From the NCBI RefSeq assembly GCF_006345805.1, contig NW_021824834.1, positions 1 through 64,000 of the forward strand: a stretch of DNA of 64,000 bases, given 5' to 3'. Shown here in pieces: positions 40,915 to 53,894 of the stretch (position 1 is the stretch's first letter; each line of letters opens with the position of its first letter). The notes below the pieces were generated by a model that saw nothing but the letters and a program-made list of their open reading frames with translations, did no database searches and was not told the origin of the DNA. Made by a program: the position numbers and the translations under genes. The DNA comes from Octopus sinensis (lineage: Eukaryota).

Positions 40915-41125
40915 GTTTCAAATTTTGGCAGAAGACCAGCAATTTCAGAAGAGAGGGATAATCGATTATATCGACCCCAGTATTCAACTGGTACTTATTT
41001 TATCGACTCCGAAAGGATGAAAGACAAAGTCGACCTTGGCAGAATTTGAACTCAGAACGTAAAGACAGACGAAATGCCGTTAAATATTTTTGCCGGCTTG
41101 CTAACGATTCTGCCAGCTCACCGCT
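40915..41125 (-). mobile_element. SINE family D, older tail subtype; further relics at ~17870-18030, 30585-30797, 31145-31456, 40550-40700, 45575-45990 and 60035-60200
   Basis: Shared core tatcgaccccgaaaggatgaaaggcaaagtcgacc..gaatttgaactcagaacg. Confidence 0.8.
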
Positions 41126-41376
41126 TTAATATCACAAAATATTAACGATCACAAAGAAATTGCAAAATATGAAAACAAATTCTAACATTTCAAGAAAGCA
41201 AAAAAGCATGGCACACAACATGCTTGACCTTAAAGAAGAGTAACAATAGCAGGACCCAATTAAGCGAAACAGCCCTATACAGCAGTACAAACCTATCCAC
41301 TTGTATGTATGGAGACCGGATGGAAGATTAAGGCGATCTGTAGACATTTAAGAAAAGTTTTTAAAATATTGTTATA

Positions 41377-41805
41377 TTTTTCTTGCCAAATAACCACACG
41401 CAGTATACATTGGGTCTTGACTCGTTTATTATTGTTCTTATTTTATCTTATGTGCATTGTCTGGAAATCTTTTGTCACACATTTGTGACCTCTTCAGCGA
41501 CTCTTCCATCCACGTGTATCCTCCTGTTCTGTTCAATCCATTTTGTTTCTCTATGATGTATATCATTATCTGATAGATGTGTATCCATGATGTGTATCCT
41601 TACCTGGCAGATAAGGATACACATCATAGAAAGACAGAATGGACTAAACAGAACAGGAAGGTACACGTGGGTGGAAGAGCCGGTGAAGAGGTCACAGATG
41701 TGTGACGAAAGATTTCCAGATAATGGACATAAGATAAAATAAGAACAATAACAAATGAATGAAGAATGAATATATACTGCGCGTGTTTATTTGGCAATAA
41801 AAAAA
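41377..41805. repeat. ~430-bp imperfect palindrome (foldback element)
   Basis: Arms pair along their length, e.g. attgttcttattttatcttatgt / acataagataaaataagaacaat and atgatgtgtatcctta / taaggatacacatcat; centre ~41607. Confidence 0.93.
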
Positions 41806-43516
41806 TGACCATCCCGAAATACAACAATAGCTGTTTCAACACACAGTTTCACATCAAGAACCTTGTAAAACAAATTCATAATGTAAAAATTTAAAAAAAG
41901 ACACTAAAATATTTTCAAAGTGGTTTTAAATAAGTAAGAGTATGGATACGATCATTTCTGCGATGAAGAGAAGCCTACCTCCTGTGAATAGGATCTCGTC
42001 TTTTTGCATGGAGGAACCCATTCTCTACCCGGCTGAAATGAACTTCACAACCATTCGAAAGGCCAACTGAGATGTAATAAAAGCCTGGAAGTAAACAACA
42101 CTGACTACAGTTTTCATATGAGCCTATATTTGATTGCAAATATTTGCTAGAAAAAGCAGCCAAATCTATGGCAAACCACATTTCACTGTTTTAGACAAGG
42201 ATATTGGCTAGAATACCTTTAGTTTAAATTTTTCTCCTCAATCCATCAATCCAGGGTGATCGGGAGTGGGGTTTAATAACAACACCAACCACAACAATAC
42301 AATTAAATACCAAGCACATCAATAAAGAAATGTACACTTACCACATAATATTTGATAAAGATTTCAGTTAATAGAAATAACAAGGTCAGAAACTGCCAAA
42401 ATAATATCAATACCGGGGCTATATGAAGCATTCTCGAATTTATCCGTGAGCTGGTTTGTCTTTGTTTCTGTGATTCTCTTGGACCTTTTCTCTCCGATTT
42501 ACTTTTTGGAAATAAGATCCAGCTCTTTATCTGTGGAAAACCTCTTACCAAAAGTCAGAGACTGGTTTAGTTCAGAATTCTTTATTTATTTTTCTCTTTT
42601 TTAACTCAACTGTGTTTCCGCGTATTTACAATAATAAAAATGTTAATGATTATTGAAGAAATGAAAATGGGAAGCCTTTATAAGATCTAGAGAATAGGAG
42701 AGGAATACAAATGAAAAGAAGAAAAAGGCAATATGTCAGGATCAATATTCAAACAAAATCGTTAATTTTACTGGAAAAGATTTGAATATTCTTTCTTAAT
42801 CAGATAGAAAGCATCCTGTTGTAAGGTAACATCACGCTTCAACCATCAGCAAGTCGGCTACTTATTCGAAAAGTTTTGTTTCTAGTCGTAGCTAGAAATT
42901 CTAACTTCAATGTTTGGAATTGGGTTCTTATAAAATAAACAAAATAATTTGTGGGACATAAAAAAAAATATTTTAGTTAGTTTCGTTGTTTTTTACTTCC
43001 CTATTTCTTTCGCCACGTTATTAAGGAGTGGACTATTTGCTGCTTTTGTTATTTTCTTTTACACCCACAAATCCGTCAGTCGTATATTGCTTGAAGAAAA
43101 TTCATAAATTCTGTGCGCGCTATATATATATATATTTTTTTTTGGACTGTTCCTTTTTAAACCGACTAAACAGTAGAAATTCCAGTAGGCTCCGCAGCTA
43201 ATAGCTTTGATTAGTTGAGGAAGACTACGAAAGGTTAAAACAACTTAACTCCAAATGTTGCTACAAACCGGCGTCGTTGTTATAGTAACTCAAACTTGAA
43301 ATTTTAAAATTTATCACTTACGTCATACACACCGCATCTAGTTTGTTCCATCTTCTGCAGCTTGCTTCCCCGCCACCACCAGCATCAACAACTTCCTTTT
43401 TTCTTTTTCTTTCATTTTCTATTTCTTTTTACTTAAATGTTATTACTTTTTTTCCTGTATTGAAAGTGAAACAAAGTTATATTAACATTCATGTAAATGT
43501 TTCACTTTTTAAAATA

Positions 43517-43751
43517 TATATTTCTTTACTACCCACAAGGGGCTAAACATAGAGGGGACAAACAAGGACAGACATAGGTATTAAGTCGATTACATCGACC
43601 CCAGTGCGTAACTGGTACTTTATTTATCGACCCCGAAAGCATGAAAGGCAAAGTCGACCTCGGCGGAATTCGAACTCAGAACGTAACGACAGACGAAATA
43701 CCGCTAAGCATTTCGCCCGGCGTGCTAACGTTTCTGCCAGCTCGCCGCCTT
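43517..43751 (-). mobile_element. SINE family D, full length (tRNA head, Nin/Deu-like central domain, LINE-like tail)
   Basis: rc aaggcggcgagctggcagaaacgttagc..gagttcgaattcc..gcctttcatgctttcggggtcgataaataaagtaccag..; TSD ttcacttttt(c)aaatat. Confidence 0.92.
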
Positions 43752-44169
43752 CACTTTTTCAAATATAGTTTAAGTACATTAGCAAAAAGTGAAAAACATG
43801 AAATATAAAGTAAACAAACCATTTATTCATAGGCATGTCTCAATACTCATTGGTCAGCATTTACAATTTGGTGTATTTCAGAATGTTACAACTTAATGAA
43901 GGAACTGTTTGTTCATGTGTTCTGATCTTTTAATGTTTCATATCTTCTCCCTCCCTTGATTTCTGACTTGCATTATTTTCACACAAAGGTAGTTTGCTGG
44001 AGACTTCTACATATAACGATAGTATAATTACGGGAAAACTATCACAAATTTCTACGTGAATATGTATGTATGAATCTGTATGTGCGTGTGTCTGTGTGTG
44101 CGTGTGTCAGTGCATGTGTGTCTGTGAATGTGCGTGCGCACGCGTGTGTTTCGTTTTTTACTTCTTTCA

Positions 44170-44760
44170 GTCATTTGTCTGAAGGGAGTCGTGGGGGCTT
44201 CTATTTACACCACCTACAAGCGATTCTCTCAGCGTTGCCTTTGCATCATCCCCTGCATCCACTAATGTGACTTCATCACTAACTTCGAGGTCCTTGAGCA
44301 AGCAAAGGGTCATCAGCGTCGAAGCAACTCTGCTGCAGATACAGCTACCCTGGGCAGGACACGTTGCCAGGATGGTCGATCCAAGATCACGTCGAATGGC
44401 GAACTCTCCTCTGATCACCGTGATAAAGGACCACCAAAGAAGAAGTGCAAGGACTCCCTAAAGAAATCTCTTGTTACCTGTGACGTTCATCATACCAGTG
44501 ATCTGTTTTTGTCGCTGACCGTGAAGCCTGGCATCTCACTGTTCTCTGACCACCACCCTTCTTTGAAGACACTCGCAGGACCATCCTGGGAGACGGGGGA
44601 AAAAAAAGAAGGAAAAACAAGGACACTGAGCCTACTCTCCCATGCAGCCTCTGTGGTCGTGCTTGTTTGTCCCGAATCGGACTTGTTGAACATTAGCAAG
44701 CCTGGAACAGACATGGACATTCCTCTTTGTAAATCTTTGCTCGCGAAACCAAGCCAAGAA
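44170..44760 (+). mobile_element. Decayed RTE/BovB-like LINE 3' end
   Basis: Remnants DFITNFEVLEQA, QLPWAGHVARM and CGRACLSRIGL. Confidence 0.75.
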
Positions 44761-44821
44761 TGTGTTGTGTGTGATTCACACACACACACACACACACACG
44801 CACATATATATATATATGTGT

Positions 44822-45205
44822 GAGCAAAACGCCCCCCCCCCCGTCCAATGGACGGTGCTGAATTGTCAAACATTTAAACCAAATTTTCTCAAAACAACTT
44901 GTCCGACCGTCCCATAGGCCTCCCCTTTGAGAAACACTGATTTAACCTAAATTTGAGACACCGTGCATTTTTCTCGCGTACGCGTAGTATCGATCGGAAC
45001 AGCTGATGTATTTGCGCGTACAAATACACGTTCCCACGGCTTTATCGATCGCATTCTAACCTGGAGTCGATTTTTGTAATTTTTTCAAGACTTATACACG
45101 CCCTGATACCGTCGGCATCTACATATCAAATTTGAGCGCAATCGGATGGAGGATGCCCGAGATCCTAGAAGACATACACGCAGACAGACAGAACGGATTT
45201 TATGT
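44822..45205 (+). mobile_element. Non-autonomous Helitron/DINE-like element
   Basis: 5' hairpin ccgtcca-a-tggacgg; 3' block aaatttgagcgcaatcgg..(ACAG)n..tttat resembles Lep1/DINE-type ends. Confidence 0.5.
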
Positions 45206-45334
45206 AATACTCTTATACACACACACGCACCTTTGTGTTGGGGGCACCTTCATATTGGAAGTCACTTGACCCTGTTATCTCCCCTACTGTCCTCTCGCCT
45301 CTGACCACTGTCCGAAGTCAGGACGCCATGATAG

Positions 45335-45520
45335 ATCCTTAGCTCCTACACGCATTTTTTTCTCTACTTGTTTTTTCTGTGTATCTTTCTGTCGAAGAGC
45401 GTAGGCTCGAAACGTAAAAGACTTTTTCTATTTCTATTCCTGAGCGCTATACTAATACATTTGTTTGTTGTACTCCACCTGCCTTCGTCTTTTGTTTATT
45501 TTCGTAAACTTTCCCGTTAT
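45335..45520 (+). mobile_element. Family C short element with HHR-like fold at 45384-45421
   Basis: tcttt CTGTCGA a gagc gtag gctc GAAA cg TA aaaga; near-identical to 47432-47622; ends at (TA)n. Confidence 0.78.
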
Positions 45521-46206
45521 ATATATATATATATACATACATATGAAGGATACCTTTATAAGAAATATTAATATTGGCTTCAAATTTTCGCACAAAGCCA
45601 GCTAGGTCGGGGGGGGAAATGTTAGTCGATTACTTTGACCTCAGTGCTCAACTAATACTTATTTTATCGATCCCCAAAGGAATAAAAGGCAAAGTCGATC
45701 TTGGCGGAATTTGAACTCAGAACATAAAGACGGACAAAATGCAACTAAGCAGTTTGTTCGGCGGGCTAACGATTCTGCTATCTCCCCGCCTGAAAAGAAA
45801 AATTACTAAAGAAAGAAAAAAGGCAACGAGCTACAGAATAGTTACCGCGCCAGGCAAAATGCTTAGTGGCATTTCATCTTCACGTTCCTCACGTTCTGAG
45901 TTCAAACTCCGTCGAGGTCAATAAAATGAGGACCAGTTGAGTATTCTACTTATCCCCTTCCCCGAAATTGCTGGCCTTGTGATCAATATTAACTAAGTTT
46001 CGTTATAAGTGCAGAACAGGTATTCATAATTTTATTGACAGTGACTTCGAAATTTCGTCTGTAAGTATCATTGGCAGTAAAACCATTCATACGAAAAATG
46101 GATGGTTAGATGCAAGCATATAAGTTTACGTATCTGGTGTTAGCTAAACAGGCCAAAACTTCGAAGTCACAATCTACACTATTCTTGTTTAAGAATAATA
46201 AATATG

Positions 46207-46615
46207 GGTGCAGGAGTGGCTGTGTGGTAAGTAGCTTGTTTACCAACCACATCGTTCCGGGTTCAGTCCCACTGCGTGGCACCTTGGGCGAGTGTCTTCT
46301 ACTATAGCCTCGGGCCGACCAAAGCCTTGTGAGTGGATTTGGTAGACGGAAACTGAAAGAAGCCCGTCGTATATATTATATATATATGCGTGTGTGTGTT
46401 GTGTGTCTGTTTGTCCCCCTAGCATTGCTTGACAACCGATGCTGGTGTATTTATGTCCCCGTTACTTAGCGATTCGGCAAAAGAGACCGATAGAATAAGT
46501 ACTGGGCTTACAAAACAATAAGTCCCGGGGTCGATTTGCTCGACTAAAGGCGGTGCTCCAGCATGGCCGCAGTCAAATGACTGAAACAAGTAAAAGAGTA
46601 AAAGAGTAAAAGAGT
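46207..46615 (+). mobile_element. SINE family B, full-length reference copy
   Basis: tRNA-like head, internal microsatellite, (gtaaaaga)n tail; at least six related copies in the window. Confidence 0.93.
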
Positions 46616-46691
46616 GTGTATCCTACAAAAAGTATTGACTGAGTCTTCAATTCAATGTAAAATAGTTTTCATTAAACTCGACATAAAAACA

Positions 46692-46728
<37 letters not shown>

Positions 46729-47253
46729 TTCTGTGTGTGTGAGTGAATGTATGAGCATATGTATGCACAGACGTACACACATACACACATACACATTTTC
46801 TCTTTCGCCCGCTCATTTTTCTCGTCTTTCTTCTTTCTTTCCCTTGTTCTTTCTCTTCTACCCAGACTTTTCTACGTATATTCAACACCCTCTCTCTCTC
46901 CCCTTCTACTCTCTCTCTCATTCTCTCTCTCCTTCCCTCCTCTCTCTCTCTTTCTACTTTCTCACACACACACCTCTCTCTCTCTAATTGAAAAAAATTG
47001 CTGTTCTGTCAATATTCTCCGCAAAAAAAAGAGAGAAAAGAAACGGAGAAAAATAAACACAAAAAAATTGTTTAAATAAATGAAAATGTTTTTATAAAAT
47101 GGCCAAATAAACAAGACATAAATAAAACTTTAATTCCAGCTTCTGGAAATCTACGAATACATGAAACTAACCAGAAACTTCATCCATGTGAACGTGTCTG
47201 CAAGAATTTGTGTGTTTGAGCGTATGTGTGATGTGTGTGGATTGCATGTGTGC

Positions 47254-47316
<63 letters not shown>

Positions 47317-47390
47317 GTTAAGCACAAATATATATATATATACACATACACACACATATACATACATATTTGTAACTGTATATATATGTG

Positions 47391-47431
<41 letters not shown>

Positions 47432-47432
<1 letters not shown>

Positions 47433-47622
47433 GCATCGTTAGCTCCTACACGCATTTTTTCTCTCCTTGTTTTTTTCTGTGTATCTTTCTGTCGAAGAGC
47501 GTAGGCTCGAAACATAAAAGACTTTTTCTATTTCTATTCCTGAGCGCTATACTAATACATTTGTTTGTTTGAACTCCACCTGCCTTCGTCTTTTGTTTAT
47601 TTTCGTAAACTTTCCCGTTATA
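47432..47622 (+). mobile_element. Family C short element with HHR-like fold at 47484-47521
   Basis: Copy of 45335-45520 between (TA)n tracts. Confidence 0.78.
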
Positions 47623-47786
47623 TATATACACACACACACACACACATTACCTGGATATCCTTGTTGCTTATTTTGATATAGATATATATATATATAGTGT
47701 AATAAATAAAAATATATGCATACATACAAACATTATGTACGTACCGACATCTACATGTATATATACATGATATATAAATATATATA

Positions 47787-47975
47787 CGTACAGGACATCA
47801 CAAGAAGACGAAAAAATCAACAGAACGAAAACGGAGAAGACATTTTGTTACAACAGAAGGACAGAGACGGGAACAAGACGAAACGAAAACGAAAACGGGA
47901 AAACAATTAAGTGCAGCAGAAAAACGAAGTACAGGACATGCTACACAAGGAAAAATTCCCTTCATCAGCTGTCGC
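47787..47975 (-). mobile_element. Short purine-rich element related to 62062-62205, possibly a Penelope-like terminus
   Basis: Both copies carry two gtacaggaca repeats and acacaaggaaaaa..ccttc(a/t)tcag; both lie in (TA)n. Confidence 0.55.
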
Positions 47976-48075
47976 TATATATATATATTATCTAAATCTG
48001 ATTTTTATAGAACTATCCCTGATGTTTCATGAGTGTAGCCTCACCCCCTTAGATGTTTTGAGAACTCAGATGTTT

Positions 48076-48165
48076 TTTCGGCTGATGAGTACGGGTCACG
48101 TGTATTTGCTGCAATATTTGCAGCCTTAATAAAGGTGGTCTTCGTACGAAACAATTGTACCGAAA
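48076..48165 (+). ncRNA. Hammerhead ribozyme with canonical core and extended stem II
   Basis: tttcgg CTGATGA gtacg..49 nt..cgtac GAAA caattg TA ccgaaa: 6-bp stem I, 5-bp stem II, palindromic ACAATTGT, GUA cleavage triplet. Confidence 0.85.
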
Positions 48166-48311
48166 TATTGATCCATTTTTGTTGCTTTTTTCTTGTTTAT
48201 AATCACACCGCATTATCTTATGGTTAATACCATATAGATTTCTGGTGCATCTAAGTTAAGTACCCCATCATGCGAATTCAACAGAACTCACTTGAATCTT
48301 AATTGCTTTCA

Positions 48312-48386
<75 letters not shown>

Positions 48387-48451
48387 TTAACAGAATGAGA
48401 TTAAAAAGATCCAAGGCTGTAAAAGATTTCAGAACATTTATAAAGAGAAGG

Positions 48452-48496
48452 TCTTACAGCTGTTTCCGTGATATTTTTATATTCCTTCATCAGAGA
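48452..48496 (-). ncRNA. Minimal hammerhead ribozyme with canonical core
   Basis: Minus strand tct CTGATGA aggaatataaaaatatcacg GAAA cagctg TA aga; stem II is weak. Confidence 0.7.
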
Positions 48497-48732
48497 TGTT
48501 GCGAGAAAATGGTTAAGCAATACTTATTATAGAGAAGCTATGAAATACAGAGTGAAGGGAGGAATGGAAACAGACGTGAGATACGTAAGGATATTGTATC
48601 TGCAGTTCCATTATTTAAGCAGAATGGTATACATATAAGTTTTCTGTACATTGTGTGTGAGTTCCGGTTGTCATTCCAAGCATAGAGTCTTGTATATATA
48701 ACACTTATGCACAAATACATACAAATTTGTAA

Positions 48733-48788
<56 letters not shown>

Positions 48789-49563
48789 ACTAGGTTGAAA
48801 CATTGTACTATAAATATTGAAAGTTATTCACTTAGATTGTATTGGACATAGAAGAAATGTCTACCAACTTTCATGTAGACTATAGAACTGTTTCTTTTTG
48901 CAATAGCATCATGGCTACATATAAACTTCTGATCTATGATCCCTAGTGTTTCATCAGTCCAGAGATTGAGCAAACACCGCACAGACTTTGCCTTATACGT
49001 AATACAAGGTAGCTAAATGAAACTTTGGGGAAAACTAAACTAAAAACTATATATGTACTATAATTTATTGAACTCAAATATTACAACAAACAAAAATACA
49101 AATAGCTTTTCTTAGGCGAATAGCCTGGTGTCTCGAAGATATAAATACGAAAAGAATATAAATATTATAATAATTCTATTGAATTATTCCATTAAAGGGC
49201 AGACGCACAAATTTAATGGGAATATATAGTAACAATATATCTCTGTGAATAGCATACTTCTGACACATAGAATAATGAAGGAGATAATTGAAGGTCAAAC
49301 ATTATAAAACGTGAAAAATAGACCATGAACAATTCTCCTTTTTTATTTTTCACAGAACTTTCATTTAGTTTTGTTGTGTCTGGGGAAAGTCACCGGTTCA
49401 ATTTCCATTCATCTATTTTTTTTATTCTGAAATTTTCGTTGGTTCTTGCAACGTCTTCAATAGTTGTTGACGATGTCCGTCATCGGAGGTACGTTTCAAC
49501 CATTTTGGTTTTTTGTTTGCTTGTTTGTGCGCATATGTGTGCGTCAGCACCCATGTGTATACC

Positions 49564-49796
49564 TATTTCTTTATTACCCACAAGGGGCTACACACAGAGG
49601 GAACAAATAAGGACAGACATAGGTATTAAGTCGATTACATCGACCCCAGTGCGTAACTGGTACTTAATTTATCGATCTCGAAAGGATGAAAGGCAAAGTC
49701 GACCTCGGCGGAATTTGAACTCAGAACATAACGGCAGACGAAACACCGCTAAGCATTTCGCCCGGCGTGCTAACGTTTCTGCCAGCTCGCCGCCTT
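49564..49796 (-). mobile_element. SINE family D, full length
   Basis: Near-identical to 43517-43751. Confidence 0.92.
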
Positions 49797-50164
49797 GTGT
49801 ATTCCATGTATGTGTATACCATGTATGTATGTATGTATGTATGTATGTATAGGCATATATGCATGTATGTGTGTGTGTATTCTGCATATTATGTATTCTG
49901 CATATTTATGTGTTTGTATGTTATCCCTCTTAGACGGGCATTTTTTTTTCAGTGGGGACTATTTGCAACATTTTGGAAAAGGACCTGTAGCTCCTTTAAG
50001 AAGGCACTAGAGACTCGGAACCACTTCCATTGTCTTCCTCGGAAAATCTTAGACAAGAAGTAACTTTTAGATTTTATGTAGATGTTATAGCCTTTCTTCA
50101 TATAAAACTACAGATTGTCAGATACACACATATATATCTATATAATCACAAGCACAGACACACA

Positions 50165-50368
50165 GAAATATATATATATGTATATATAATATATATAATA
50201 TATATATATCTAATATATATATATATATATATTATATATATTATATATATATATATATTGATATATTATATGTATATAATATATATAACATATATATATA
50301 TATAAATATATAAATATATATATATAAATATATATATATATACATATATAATCTTTATTATATATATG

Positions 50369-50399
<31 letters not shown>

Positions 50400-50572
50400 A
50401 TATAATATATATATATATATAGATACATATATATATATATGTATGTATATACATATATATATACATATATAATCTTTATTATATATATGTATAATATATA
50501 TATAAAATTATATATATACATATTAATCTTTATTATATATATGTATATATATCTATATATATATATTGTATG

Positions 50573-50650
<78 letters not shown>

Positions 50651-51240
50651 TATGTATGTATATACATATATATATACATTATAATCTTTATTATATATAT
50701 GTATATATATAGTTCATTGCTAAACCTCGCTAAGATAAATATTCAATTAACCTGAAGATTGACTGTAACCATAACTCGGATTATTACGAATTGTACAGCC
50801 ATGAAACGATCGTAGTGTTTTACTCTTTATCTTTTATTAAACTTTTAATACTTTGATATATATTTAAAATAATATAAATTAATTAATTTATGTATTGGCT
50901 TATGTTTTTCATTGTTTGATTTACCTATAGTGTTTTTATCTCTAATTTGATATAATATAATATAATATATTTTACTATAAAATTGGATTTAATCCTTAAT
51001 CTGATTTTTCCCTGTAAGTTTGGATTTATTCCCTAATATTTTATTATTATTATATTATTATTATTATTCTTATATATATATATATATATATGTATATACA
51101 TATATATACATATATAATCTTTATTATATATATGTATATATATATGTGTCTGTGTGTGTATATATATATGTATATATAAATTAATATATAATATACATAT
51201 ATAATCTTTATTATATATATGTATGTATGTATATATATAT
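50165..51240. repeat. (TA)n-rich compound repeat with a recurring aatctttatt unit, interrupted by a ~350-bp insertion (50712-51065)
   Basis: The unit occurs on both sides of the insert. Confidence 0.85.
50749..50817 (+). ncRNA. Hammerhead-like motif in a Penelope-like terminal fragment
   Basis: ac CTGAAGA t tgactgta..tacagcca t GAAA cgatcg TA gt; palindromic ACGATCGT; stem I only 2 bp. Confidence 0.62.
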
Positions 51241-51706
51241 GATTGATGATTGATTGATTCTAGTTTCAAGCTTATGAGCTGTGGCCATGCTGGGGCACCG
51301 CCATTTGGTGTTGCTACTTGGTTTCACTTCATGGAGGCTTTCTAGCACTGCTATTTGGTGCATGAGAGGTTCGATGCAGCTGCCCTCATCTGCCCCTCCT
51401 GCCGTGAAGTTGGTTCATCTGGGACAACTGACAGGAAGAGATCCAGCTTCATTTTAAAGACATATATATATATTATATATATATATAATATATAATATAT
51501 ATATATAATATAATATAATATATATATATATATGTATGTATGTATATGTATATATATATAATTTTTATTATATATTCATATATATACATATATATACACT
51601 TGCCTATATATATGTGTGTTGGATTTATGTGTGTGTGAGTGTGTGTATGTCTGTCTGCCTCTCTGTGTGTAAATATGTATATACATATATGTTCGCATTC
51701 AACACA

Positions 51707-52638
51707 TACGACGTGTAATGCGCGTTCGTGGGATTGTCGTTTTCACCGAACGCATCGAGTTTTGCCAAAAGCTTGGTGATACTCAAGCTCAAACCATTCT
51801 GAGATACGGCAGGCTTTTCGTGATGATACCATGAGCAAAACTCAGATCAGTGGAGAGCGAAGGACGTTCAGACAGGCCATCCACAAGCCAAAACGAAAAG
51901 CCGGTCGAGGGGGTTCGGTGAATATTCATGAAAGACCGTCGCGTAACAATCCAGGAAACTGCTCATGAAGTTGGAATATGCATAGGATCAGTACATACCA
52001 CTTTAACAGATGATTTGTGCATGCGGAGAGTGTCAGCGAAATTCGTCCCCAAGCTGTTTGTAGAGCAGTCGAAGCAATTACGCTTGGAAATCACCCAGGA
52101 TATGCAGGACCGTGCAAACCACGACCCGGACTTCATGGAGACCAATATCCGTTTCTTTATTAACCACAAGGGGCTAAACATAGAGGGGACAAACGGATTA
52201 AGTCGATTACATCGACCCCAGTACTTAACTGATACTTAATTTATCGACCCCGAAAGGATGAAAGGCAAAGTCGACCGCGGCGGAATTTGAACTCAGAACG
52301 TAACGCCAGACGAAATACGGCTACGCATTTCGCCCGGCGTGCTAACGTTTCTGCCAGCTCGCCGCCTTGGAGACCAATATCACTGTGATGAGACATGGGT
52401 TCATGGTGTCTGCCTGCTGCGTTCGGTCATCTTGCGAGAAAACGAAAATCCGACGAGTACCCACAACATGTCTGTACTGTAGACGTAACAGCGGGAACCG
52501 ACGAGGCTTGCCGGTGCGAAAATTTGTATGATTGTGCAGAAAAGGCAGCGTCACCTTCCACGCAAACAGTTTTGCTCTCATGGCATTAGTTTTGCTAAGA
52601 ACAGATGAAGTTGGATACTTTTTGAACGCAGTTCGTAT
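51707..52638 (+). mobile_element. Internally deleted mariner element (N-terminal transposase relic)
   Basis: IEFCQKLG, GRPST-like, DRRVTIQETAHEVGI..GSVH..L..DL.MRRVSAKFVPKL and DETWVHG; right TIR rc tacgaactgcgttcaaaaagtatccaac ending at TA. Confidence 0.88.
52150..52367 (-). mobile_element. SINE family D inserted in the mariner transposase
   Basis: Perfect 14-bp TSD tggagaccaatatc at 52136-52149 and 52368-52381. Confidence 0.95.
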
Positions 52639-53639
52639 ATATAATATACATATATATGAATGCATATATGTATATTCATACATTTGATTGCGTATCTTGC
52701 ATGTATATGACTATGTAAATATATATATATATATATGTTTGTACGTATGTATGTATGTATTATGTATGTATTATGTATATATATATTGATATATCTATAC
52801 ATGTGTGTGTGTGTGTGCGCGCGCGCGCCCGTATGTGTGTAATACCTCTTTTATTATCTCGCTTCTCCTCCCCCCACTACCACCAACTCCATTACTTTTC
52901 CTCATCTTCGTTTTACTCCTGCTCTTCCTCTTCCTCCCCTTCCTTGTCCTCATCCATCTTTTTTTTTTCACCGCCTTTATGCCCCACATTCACCGCAAAC
53001 TCATTGAAACCGCAGTATTAATTAACTTATTGACGCGAACAGTTTTCTAATATCGCTCCATCAACCACTACCACCACCACCACTGACACCGCCACCACCA
53101 CTACAAACATCCCCCTTCCTTACATACACTACAACACCGCCATAATTCTCCTAATAAAACACAAACAGTTCAGTTAAGACCCAATCTACGCAAGTCATCA
53201 ACCAAATTAATAAGCTACAGCGCTGCTTGTCACTGCACCAATCCAGTGCTACTGACGCGAAAGTTAAAGGACGAAAATGTCAAAATTCGAAGCAAGATTT
53301 ATGAACCATATGCGCTACAAGTTAATGTGTGTGTGTGTGTGTGAACGTGCGGTTATGAACATATATTCATGTTACCAGCATTTATACAGAGCCTCTCCAG
53401 ATACACGCACTCAGTCATGCGCACGTATATACATATACATATATATATATATATACTCCAAGCATACATACTCATGTATACTCGTACCAATAAATGCGTG
53501 TTTATCGGTCAATAAATATCCACGTACAGCCACACACGTAAACACACATTTAGTTATGTATGTGTATATCACATAGGTATGTATATGTGTGTAGAAATTA
53601 CATGTAAATATACATGTAAATATATATATATATATATAT

Positions 53640-53728
<89 letters not shown>

Positions 53729-53831
53729 TTAATATCATTATTGTTATATATACATATATACCCTAGTGGATGCGTTCATTTAAGTGTATGTACATATATG
53801 CAACTATATATATGTATATTTATATATGTAC

Positions 53832-53894
<63 letters not shown>

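Noticed and set aside
47940-47975. Complete hammerhead at rc CTGATGA aggg..cctt
   Set aside because: No downstream GAAA, stem III or NUH in the element; a half motif only.
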